Source: Candidatus Omnitrophota bacterium
GTDB taxonomy: Bacteria; Omnitrophota; Omnitrophia; Omnitrophales; Omnitrophaceae
Assembly (NCBI GenBank): GCA_029561555.1
Contig: JAKQXH010000095.1
Coordinates: forward strand, 10,124-74,123
Direction: 5' to 3'
DNA length: 64,000 bases
This document shows, in pieces, positions 1-12,000 of this stretch. The number at the start of each line of letters is the position of its first letter. The stretch's first letter is position 1. Under the pieces are notes generated by a model. That model did not search any database. It was not told where the DNA came from and saw only the letters and a program-made list of their open reading frames with translations. Made by a program: the position numbers and the translations under genes.

Positions 1-3000
1 TTTCTCCCTGCGCCACTTCGTTAAAATACTCCAAATATCCCGGAAGGATATCGTCCATTGATTGCCGGACAAAACTCGCCGGATCCAACCCGAACCATCT
101 GCGGAATATTCTCGAAAGCCTTCCCCCCTTCGATTCGGCCTTCTCTTGATCAACAACTTGGTTCACCCATCCCAAGGTTTTTTCCCGCCATCTTTCTATT
201 CTCAATCGGTTCCAATCGCTCCGAATCCTTCCCAAAGCCTCCTGATAAGCTTCCTCCACCCGGCGAACCGCAGTCACGCGGATCTCTTCCAATTCTTCGT
301 CCGCGCCGAGACTGGCACCCCGTTCGGATTTCCGGATTTTCACGATGTACGCGTCGGGAGATACAGAATACATCGGATTATAATTATCCAAAATAGACGG
401 ATCATATCCCGAAAGCATCTGAACATTCCCCTCATCATAGCCGGCTTGCTCCATAAACTCCCGCCATTGCCTTCGAGTCCATTCGGTCCTCAGCCCCCTC
501 ACATTTTCATAAAGGACCAGCTCGCCTCCGGGTTCCAGCCTGTCGAAAGCTTTCGCAATCGCCCTGGCCCGAAGCTTGGGTGGAAGATACTTGAAAACAT
601 TTCTTTCGATGACCAGCGCGAATTTTCTTCCCACGCCATCGATCTGATCGGCGGAAAGCGGCAAATAAGTGACGGCCAGTCCCATTTTCCGGGCGTTCGC
701 GCGCGCTTCATCCAAAGCGCCGGCGCAAGGATCCGTTCCGTAGATCTCGCTTGCGCCATCCTGCGCCGCGGCAAAGCCCACGATTCCGCTGCCGGTCCCG
801 ATATCCAAAACCGACTTCCCGCGAAATTCCACTCCGGCTGACTTCATTTTTTTCAGTATATCGCCGGACATACCGGCCAAATCTTCCGGAGAATACGGGT
901 AAGACGGTTCATGGTCGTACGAATGCTGGAATTCCCTCGCAAGAGCCTCCTCATACCACTCGCCGTACGCATCCCACCAAATCTCATCCGCCCGTTCCTC
1001 CCCTGACGCAAGCAGTCTGCCCGGATCGAAACGTACCGAATGCTTATCCTCCCCCTCCCACTCAAAAGCGGTTTCTCCCGAAACGGATCCGAATGAAAAA
1101 CCGGGAACCGGCTCCATCGAAGCGGGATGAGAAAATCCGGTCAGAAGAATGAATTCCTCTATCTCCGCCAGATTGCGGAAAAACTGAGCCTGCAATTTAC
1201 CAAAGTCCCAAACGGCCCCCGGAATCGCCCGTTCTATTCCTTCTTGATCGCGAGCCGATTCCGGTTCGTCCGATGCTCCAAGACTCTGCGCCGTCATAGC
1301 ATCACCGCTTCCTGATTGCGCAATAATCTCCTCCAACTTATCAACAATCGCGCCAATAGCAGGCTCATCGATATTCATCTCCAATGAGCCGGTTTTTTCG
1401 TATATCCAGTCTTCCCACTCGTATTGACCGAACGGTATCCAAACGACATCCTGAATGTCCTGGTAATGCCGGCAAAATCGGACAAGCCTCTCTCCCGCTT
1501 CTTCGGAATCATACCCCCGCGCCTTTAATCTTTCATAAACAGGAGCGAGAAAATACCAAAATTGGCTGAGCAGCTCGGATTCCTTTGTCAGCAGCCACAA
1601 TCCTTTCTCGTCGGCCAGTCCCACTTCTCCGGGATTCATCGCTTCCAGAAACGCGCAGGCCGCTTCCCGGGTTTTTCTGGCGGATAAAAATATGGCGATG
1701 GCTTGACCGGTACGTTTCTCCTGCAGGACCCGCCTTCCGTTCTCCTTCCGAAGAAACGATTTAACGGCCCGATACGCGTCATCCGAAACAAGCAGCGCTT
1801 CCTGCAATTTTGTTTTATACATGCTTTGATAACCAAGCTCCTGAAACAGCGCCATCAGCTCAGGATCATCCGCTATTTTTTTCGCCCTCACATCCAGCTC
1901 AGCCGGAAGCATACGCGTCTCGGCCAAAACAAGAGGCATGGCAATATGCAAACCCGCAAAACCGGGAAGCACTTTCCGCACATTCTCAAAAGTCCCGATA
2001 TATTCAATGATGTCACCGAACCGGGGATGGTTGAAAACAGCGTTCGCCGCTTCCTCCAAAGGCGCATCCGCCGCTATCTCTCCAAAAATCGAGCTGAGCA
2101 ACCGGGTTATTTCTTCCGATTGTTCGCTTGCCTCACCCGGCATAGCCGCAGATTCTCCCGCTGCCGGATTTTTTTCGGATTGAGGCCGCGGTATTTTTTT
2201 GAAAATCGTTCGCAAAGCTTTAAGCGTAAGCACCGGAATGTAGCGCCAGCCCAACGCCTTCCAAGTTTCCACCTCGGCCAACGCCCACTCGATTTCCTGC
2301 TCAATCGTCCATGTCCGGGATCCCCGGTCCGGCCCCATTTCCGCGGAAAGATTGTCGATAAATCCCGGCCGCCTCAGAAACAAGACTTGTCTGACATAAT
2401 CCTTGTTCACTTCTTCAAGAGGAAGCGGGCGGGGGCCGGAAATTGACATCTCTCCTTTTAGAACATTCAGGAGCTGAGGCAATTCATCGAGTCCGGTCCG
2501 TCTCAAAAACTTCTGAAAGCGGGTGGAATTCCGGTTTTCATCCATTGTCCTGAACTTAAAAGCCCTAAAAACCTTCCCTTTAAAACCGGCCCTCTCCTGC
2601 CTGAAAATAATGCTTTGTCCTGACCCGCGCAAATCAACCCAAAGAACAGCGGAAATGATCCCGCTTAAAATAATCGCGGGAAGGCTGAATATCATCAAAC
2701 GGAAAACATCCGCGCCCCTGAACAATTCATTCTTGAACGGTTTCTCCACGTAAGGCATCTCGACCAAAAGCTCGGGATAGAGATATTTTCCGAGAGAAGC
2801 CGCGCTGTCGGTTTTGGTAAACGCAATTCCTTCCATCTCAACCAGAAGATTCGGGCGGCAGACGTCCGCAATCAGAAACAAAGCCGGAATTCCCGGAAAT
2901 CGGTCCGAGCAAATCTTTTTCACCGCTTCCATATGCTCCGGCTGTTTCACGTAAACACGAATCTGGGCCACATCACGCAGCGTCGCGCCGGCACGAATGC

Positions 3001-6000
3001 CGTGGGCCTCAAGATTCTCCCGGGAAATCAGGGCTTCGATATTTTCGATCATAATTTCCGTTTGCTCTTCTATTCCTCCGGCCACCGTCTGCTGGCCTCG
3101 AATTCCAGCCGTTCCCGAGATGAACAGCGTCACGTCCCCTCCGTCCACTACCGCCTTGGCCCGCTCAAATTTCGGGGTCGCCTTTTGTTTCTGCGCATCA
3201 ACCGCGACACCGACCAAGACCTCCTGAGTGTACCGATGGGCATCAATCTGCTGGGGATTTTTGATCGGAACCACTTTCGAATCGTCGCGCGCACTTCCGA
3301 AAGCGGTAAAAGCAAGAACCACGCCGCCGGTGCTCGTCCCGATTCCGGTCGCCGCAGGATATCCGTTCGTAAAACTTGCCGCCGCATACCATGAAGCGCG
3401 TACATCGTTAAAGATCTGATATTTTTGACGCTCCCCGTCGAGCCCGACGATGTCTTCGATATAATTCCACTGGCGCACGACATCGGAAAAAGTCAATCCT
3501 TCCGCCTGAAGAATACCGTTCATGATCACGAATGAAGCTTGCGAGGCCTCGTAAGTTCCGGTTGCCGTTTCATCCTGAATCCCGCCCGCATAAACCCACT
3601 TTGCTCCGTCCTGCTCAACCACCTTGTAATGGTAAGTCCCGCCGTCACGGGAATACGATTTCGACTCAATCGACACCGATTCTTTCTTCGGGACCAGCAC
3701 GATAAATTCCGTCGTGACTTTTTCGCCGTCAGCCGGATGCTGGCCGATAAAATTCACCGGCGGCATCGATTCACCGTAAAAATCTTCAAGCACCTTTTGC
3801 ATGGCGTATTTCTCCGTGAAATGATTCGCGTCATCTTCCGCCCGGATAAAAACATTCTGCGTCATCACATTCGAGAGATTCAATCCCCGTGCCGCGAGGG
3901 CCGCTTTCACTTGACCGAGACAGTCCTCAAGCTGTTCAACCGCCGTCTCGCCTCTGACCGGTTGGATGCTGAAATAAATCTCGTCGTAACCATCCATGTC
4001 GACCTGCCGCCGGGAAATCCCCTCCCGATCTCCGCCCCCCATGCTGTTGGCCGACGGTAAAGGCAGCTCTCCGGGAAAAAATTTCACGCTGAGCCGGGCG
4101 GCATTATGAGATTCAATATAAGGTTCCGTAATCACAAGCGGCCTCTTCCGCCTCAAAGCGTTCCGGACCCGGTCGATACCGACAATTGCCGGATTATATT
4201 GTTTCCCCGACCGGACCCAGGGAATAAAATGGACATTGGGGAAATAATCCGTGCGAATGCCGTATTCCCCGTTGAAACTCAGCCACTTCAGCCATGCGGA
4301 GACCTCCTCCGGACTGAGACCGAAATTCTCCTGGGCTTCCTCCCGGAGAACCGCTTGAACGGTTCGGATATCTTCCAAAGGAATTTTCGGAAGGATATCT
4401 TCAAGGATCTCCCGGCCGGAATCGTCAAAACGCATACGCATCGTTCCTTCGTTCAGATAAAGCGTTAATCTCGAAACGGCGGAAGCCAGTTGTATCATCG
4501 GATCACCGATCCGCCGTTTCTGTTCAATCCTGGAATTACCGGAAATAATCGCAACCGGTACCCGCTTGAGCATTTTCATGAACACATTCCGCATTTTGGT
4601 CGGAGAAGAAAAACCCTCCCCCCAATTCTCAAAGAGGGTCCCGTCAATATCGGAGGCCACCATCCCTTTCCGGACAAGCATCCTCAGATCGATTTCCACA
4701 CTCCGGTTTGAATCCATTCCCTTACCCCAAATCACCACGCTCTTCTCTCCCGATTCAAGCGCTTCTAAAATCTGAGCAAGAACCCTCCTTGTCGCTTCCG
4801 GACCCGAACCGATCCAAAGAGTATTCGCTTTCGCCTCTTCTGAGCGCATCTCCGGATTCGTATCAACCGAAAAAAGAATCAGCCGTTTCCCCCGTTTTTC
4901 CAGATCCAGTTTAGCCTCGATAATCGAATGGTCATTCCCGGTCAGCTCGGAATTCTTGTAGAACTCGTCCCCGAAATAAAGGCCCAAATCATAATTCCCC
5001 ATCGAAAAGAAATCCCGGATCGCGTACCCCTTGCCGGAATTTTGATGAGCGATATCGATCGTCGAGAAAGTCGTATGCCGAATTTCGTAACGTCCTCCCA
5101 GCGCCCGGTCCAGCTTGGCCGCAAGATTTTTCCGCACATCATGCGTCACCCCGGGAACCGGCCCCCCTTCGATGGATTTCTCTCCCAAGCTCGAAGCAGA
5201 CCGCCGCATTTCTTCCAAACCCGCCTTGAGCGTTTCCATGAACGCGAAGGGCTGGGGAAAAATATGCCGCAAACTTGCGCCTGGGAAATTGAAAGGGATC
5301 AGCTCTTGTTCGAACGTCGCGATCTCGGCTTCCAAAAACCGGATCGCCTCGGGCGGATTATCTTCGTAATATTTCCGCACAACTCTCAACGTAATTCCCG
5401 CAAGACTTCTTGCCTTGCCGGCATTGAAATCAGCGATACCGGATTTAACCCGGTCAAAGGCTTCATAAAGCGAATCGTTCTTGTGAGGCACTTCCGTAAT
5501 TCCGGGATCCGTAACATAAACGTTCCCGGTAATTTCTTCGCGCATGATGTTGTTTAAATTTTCCCTTACGTCGGTGATGCGATAAGGAAGGCGCTTGGCA
5601 TCCAGTTCTTCGATCAGAAGGGCCTCGTAGGCAAGTTCCCAGTCGCCGTCGTTAAGAAGCTGGCGAAGCGTCCGGCCGTAAATCCATTGAGCGGGCAAAA
5701 TTCCGTACTGAGAGTTCCCGGAAACAGGAACAAACCCGGCAACTCGGGGGCCCGATCCGGCCTCCGTCAGTTTCCGGGCCATTTCCAACTGAATCGGCGG
5801 CATTTGTCCCGCAAAAAACCCGATTCGGTAAGATTGACCGCCCGCCTCAACGCGAACCGGAATCAGATCGCGGGACGAACCTCCCCGTGGTTCGATATTT
5901 TCAATGAAAACTTTTATTTCGGAAGAATCATCGATCTGGGCTTGCGGCATGAGAACTTTCAAAGTCCGGGCGACATACCGGGGATCAGCCAGTTTTTGCG

Positions 6001-9000
6001 CCAACAAATCAAGTAAAGGTTCCCGGAAAGGCCGGCCCTCATTGATATGCTTTTCCAATTCGTTTTCCAGTTCGCCAAGACTGGCGCCCTTCTGTTCAGT
6101 GGCTTCGGAATGAAGATAGGCAGTTCCCCCTTCCGACTCTTTTTTACCTTCCGGTTCAGGAACAAGCGCAAAAACGGCGAGAGAAACCGCCCCTAAAAAC
6201 AGCAAAACATTATCGGCGAGATAAAACAGCGCCGTTGCAATGCCAATCAATCCCGCTACGGCCAGAGAAGTCGTCCATACTCTCTGCCAGGCAAATGAAA
6301 TCTCGGGCTTCAAATTCTCAAACTCTCGCGCCCGGGGATTTTCCCCGAGCAACGTCCGCCGCAAATCATCTTGTCTCATAATATCCAGTTGAGCGGCGGT
6401 CATGCGTTTGATCCCTTCCGCCGGAATGGGCATGTCCTGCCATTGCTGAGCGGCCCGATGCCGCCGCAATCTCTGCGCCGGGGTTTCTTTCACTTCCGCT
6501 CTTTTTGCGACTTTCCGGTGAAGATAAAAAAGCCCTCCCGCCGCGATTGCCCCCAAAAGAACCGGCAGCATCGTTTCCGTCGCACCGAGCGACTGGGCGG
6601 AACTTGTCCCGGAATCTCCGGTCGTGCCGGCCCGCCTCAATTCCCGTTCCCCGAGCTTTTCCCTCAATTGAATTTCAAGGCTGGCAATGATCCCTGCCAA
6701 CCGGTTGGCTTCGCCATCCAGCATTCCGGCGGCTTCTTCCAACGGGTCAATTGCCGACGACGGCACGCTGGTTTCCAAATTCGTAATCGCTTCGTCCAAT
6801 TTCTTTTTTATTTCTTTCCGGACCGGCAAAATCGCGCCGCTAAAGTCGGAGGAAATTTCTTTTAGGCGCACGATATCGGAATCCAATTCATCGGAAAATA
6901 AAACATTAAGCCGTTTAATTTTTTCCGTAACCTTTCGGATATCCGCCGCGAATTTTCCGTATTTCGCGACATAGCCGCGTTCCGATTCCAACTCATGCTC
7001 GATCTGCCGGATCCGGACCTCCAGCGGATCTTCTTCGGCGGCAGCCGATGCCGCCATTCCGACATCGCGCCAAGTCCCGTCGGCCCGCAAAAGCTGAATC
7101 CGGGCTTCCGGCCGGAACGCGAGTTCTAATTCGATCGCCGGTTCCTTTTTCCGGAAAATGCGGATTGAATATCTTTGCACTTCCCGGCTGGAGACAAGAT
7201 TTCTTCCCGCAATCGTCTGCATAATGCTGTGATAAACCTGAAGCAGGCGGGGAAATGTCGTGTTCCGCTGCGCGGGGTCCCGCCATAACTTGGCAAAATC
7301 TTTCGCCGCCTCCCGGTGCTCTTCCATCTGCCCCAGCCGGTCGATCATGAAGCGGGCCTTCTGATTACGGGTATCCCTCGGATATGGCGCGGGGTAGGTA
7401 TATTTAGTCCCTTCCCGGTCAGTGTAGGAAAAATAGCTATGTCTCTGCCGGTCATCGTGCAATATCTCAGCCAGTTGGCTTTTTTCATCCCCCGCATAAT
7501 CAACCCGGATGGACGTCACGGCATCAGCGGCCAAATCAAGGCCCAACCGGTTTTCTCTGACTAATCCCGCGATCTTTTCCCTCGCCGGGACAGGAACCCA
7601 ACGGCTCCAGGTGAATTTAAGCCCCGCTATTTCTTCGTCGGAAAACGCCTGATTGCCGAGGCTGGCGCCTTCGGCAGCCGCGTGTCCCGCGATTTCAAGA
7701 AGTTTGTCAACATACCGCTCAATCACTTTCCACTCAAACGAAGTTCCCGGTCTCCCGTCGATTTCTTCAAACTGCCATTGAATCAGCCCAAGCAACCGGT
7801 CCTCAAAAAGAACGGGCCACCGGGAATCAAGGAAAGAGTGCTCGCCTTTCAAAAAATAACCCGTCGGATCGTGGGGTGAGACGGAAAAAGTCCCAGACCG
7901 AATAATCTGAAGATACCCCTCCGGCGAATGATGCTTTATAAACAAGGTAAGCGGCACCGAAGGAGTTCCCTTTGCCGATTTAAAACCAAATCCAATCGTA
8001 TTGGCGCCAAGCACATAGAGCATTCCCTTCAGAAAATTCTTCGCGGCCGCGCGATTGGTGGCAATTTTTGCCTTTCTCATTAATTCAGGCTCGATCACAT
8101 AAACATGCCCGTCAAACGCATCTTCAAGCAGGCCGGCCATATCCCGCGCCGGCATCACATGAATCCCGACGGCAACCTTCAGCGTACGGGCAAGCGTCTG
8201 AATTTTCGGAACCATCCGCGTTTCAAACTGTTCAAAAGTCTCCTCCGGAGATGCGGGACCTCTTCTCATCGCGAGCGGGAGCAAGGCAGGAGCCCTCCCG
8301 GGCTGAGGCCGGGAAAAATCAGCGCCGAGAAATTCGAGATAATCCTGTGCCTTTTGTCTACGCTGGTCTTCTCCTCCCAGGGACTGTCCCTCTCTCTCCT
8401 CCTGCCCCAAGCTTGAAGCCTCAGCAGCCAGACCGATTTCCTCCCAGCCATCGAAATCCCAGTACCCTTGAGAATTTTCAAGGCGAAGCCGGTTTCCTTC
8501 TCTCCGGAAAAGATCATACTGGCTTCCGCCGTCCCAGAAAGTCCCGTTCAAAAGAGCGCCCCCTTCCGGAAGGACATTCCCAATCCGGCTCAAAGCGGAT
8601 TTAATTTTCTCATCCGAAAAATAGCTGTATTTCCCTCTCATCAAAAGACCGGCCACTCGGACAAAATCATGCCGCGGCGCAAGGGGTTGGAAAACATCAT
8701 GCTCCGCAAACGCAAGACGGTCGGGATTTTCCCGGGCAAACTCCTCCGCCTCAGGATTGATCAGGCTTATGATCCGAGTATCCGTCTCTTCCGTTTCCGG
8801 ATAATCAAAAAACATTCCCAACTGCCCCGCAAGCCACTCCAAGCTCCCCTCGCCGGTAGGCTCATGAAGGTTCGGGCCCACGAACAACTGGAGGATCTTC
8901 CCCTGCGGATCATAAACACAGGTAATATTTCCTTTTTTGCGAACGATGAAATTCAGAACTTTATCGTAACCGACGACTCGAACGTTTTCTTCCCGGTACC

Positions 9001-12000
9001 GGAGAGCCATCTCATAGGTGCCGGTTCCGTCGGAAACCCCAAAATCACCGATGGTCATCGCTTCCCCGGGATGCCCCGCTCGAAATCGCCTAAGTTCTCC
9101 GTCAATCACTTCAAAAGATGCCTCCAACCGTCCTTCCCAGGTTCTCCGGTTGATCGTTAAATTGTTGCCGTCCGCTTCTCCGCTAAACATAAGAACTCCG
9201 AACTGAATATGCCGGAGGATATTGATCAAATCTTTTCTTTTCCCCGGCTGGGACTGAAGGCGTCCGTCAAAATAAAGCTCCCTCAGCTTCGCGTAGGAAA
9301 GGAGGCTTCGGTTCAACATAAGCGCGATCACCGTCAATTCGTACCGCCGGTCGTCCGCGGGAAGAGCAAGAAAATCCGAAATTAATTTTCCGACATCATA
9401 ATTTCCGAGCCGCAAACGCGCATCCTTCTGATCGTCGGAAAGCGGGAATCCGAACGAGCGCATCAGATCGATTCCGAGAAAATGTTTGGCAAGCGCCCGT
9501 GCGTCATCCGCGGCAAGTTCACCCAAAGAAGCTCCCACATCAGCCGGCAGCGGGAAGCGGATGGTAATTTCGACATTTTCGCCGCTGTTTCGGGCTTCAA
9601 TCGTGCCGCCACAGGCCTCGACCAAATCCCGGATCAGCGCACCGCGATGCCACGGAGCATTGCGATCTTCCTTGACCTCAAATATCGTCTCGGGATCGAT
9701 CGCGCCTTTAAACGTAAATCGAAATACCGTCTGCCCTTGCTCTTCAACAGCATGGATATAAAAATCCTCGTTTTTCGGGGCATTCCAGAAAATATTCAAA
9801 AAGATATTGTCGATGAAAAATTCCTTTCCCCAAAGGCGCAGTCCCGGATCCGCATCAGCATGAAATTTTCCGCGTTCATCCATGTGCCGAACCTGAGAAC
9901 CGAATCTTCCCATGCCCAAAATCTCCGAAACGCCAAAGAACCGTTTCTCTTCAACCAATTTTCCCTCGCTGCAAAAAAGAAGAAGGTCTCGTCTGTCTTC
10001 GTAAAACCCCGACAGCACCCTTACAAGGTCCTCATACGCCTCATCCCTTTGAGAAGCCTCCACATTCGACAACTCCCGAAGCATCTTTTCATAAATCTCG
10101 ACATGGCTTCTCATGGCGCCAAGCCACCCCTCCGCCCTTTCCACAATCAGGGGATCCGTTTCAAACCCCGTAAATTGCTGATCGGAGGACGTATTGGCAT
10201 GGACCCACCACATATAACCGCTATGCTGTCCTTCATTAAAAATCCGGTAAAGTTTTTCACTAGTCTCCGCGGACGCGCTAAGGCGTTTGATCATGGGCCA
10301 TAAAAGAAACCCCGTCCCCGCCATTTTGTGGACCATATACCCAACCAATCTCAGCGTTCTTTGAAACCGCACTTGGGCTTCGGGGGTAACCTCTTCAATC
10401 CCTTTTTCCGCATTGGCTCTTGAGCGAACAAGAATCCCCGCCGGTTCCCTGCTGCTCCATCGACTTTGGGCGAGGACTACGGAAACTTGACTTTTAAGAA
10501 GACTTTCCTCCAAATTCTTTTTAAGCGTCTGGTCATCCGTGGCCCGCAACATCGAGACCAGCACGCTTTCAATCTCGTCCTGCGTCACTCCCATTTCAAA
10601 AATCAAACGCCAGATACTGTCGCGATAATTCTTATAAAACATTACTTCATGAAACGTCTTGAGCATTTCCTCGAAATCATCCTGATGACCGCTTTGGCTT
10701 ATCTCCTGAACTTCCATCAACCGGGCGTAATGCGCAGCGTGTTGGCTATAGGCGCGAATTTCCCCCGCAATCACCGGTGCCAATTCGTCGGCTTCGGGAA
10801 TTCCCTTTGCTCGCAAAGCATGAAACACTTTTTCGGCAAGCTTCTCCGGGACCTCTTCCGCGGGAACTTTTTCCTTCCATCGAAGCGGCAATCTCAAACG
10901 GAATCGCGCGCCCTGCCCGGCATTTTCCGCCTCAATACTGCCCCCGAACATTTCCATAAGCCTTTTGGCCCAGTAAAGGCCGTAACCGGTCCCGTGTTTT
11001 TTGGTCGTGAATGTTCTTTTGAAAAGCCTGGGAAGGATTTCGGGCGGAATCCCGCCGGCTTCGTCTTCAATCTCAACCCATACCTCATTTTGAGCTTCGT
11101 TCATTCGGAAATAAATTTTCGGATTGACCGCTTCGGGTTTCCGCTCGCGATATTGCTCGAGGGCGTTTGCCAAAATCTGCGTTACGACAAAAATCATTCC
11201 GTAAGGAAGCTCAATCCCCGAAAACGCGTCCCGGTCGAAATGACTTTCAACGGTTACTTCTTCCCCGTAATCCTCAATGAACGCCCCTGTGGTATTCCTT
11301 AAAAATTCATCAAAGGTCACCGAACGGTTCACGCCCCCCACGACCGCGGATAACCTGAGAAGGTTCTTCGTGTACGTGCCGGCCGTCTCCATCGCAAGGC
11401 GAAGATGCCCGAGTTCCCCGGAATATTCCGCAAACGTTTCGCGGTCCTCCGCGCCGAGTCCCGCAATTATCCGTTCGATGCGGGAGGCAAGCTGGGCCGC
11501 CGCAAAAATACGGCCTTTGTAATTGTGAACCCGGCGGTTAAAAGGAAGCCCCTGATCGACATTTCTGAAATTCAGAAGGTCCCGCAGCATCGCATGGTAT
11601 TGATTCAGCTGCCGGACAATCCCCTGATCCTCAAGATGATTTCCGGCCTTTTCAAGCAGGCCCTTCAGTTCCCGGAGAAAAATGCTGAAACGCGCGGCGG
11701 CATCGCTCACCCCGCCGTTCAGGAAACTGATATCGGCGGGCTTGGACATGGGCCGCCTCGGCATGGCGTCTAAAATCGGCGCGCTAAAATCGAACGGTTC
11801 TTCGAGCTGACGGTAAATTTTCCTCAGCAGCTCGACATGGAACTTTTCATCAACTTCCTTCTGCGCATAATCGAACCGGTAGCGGTTCTTAACATCCGGA
11901 CGGATGTCCCGGATCTCGCTGTCATAACCGGTAATTTGGTCTTTGGAAATAACACTGCCCGAGACAAAAATAAACGGCCCCCGAAAATCGAGTTTTTCGC

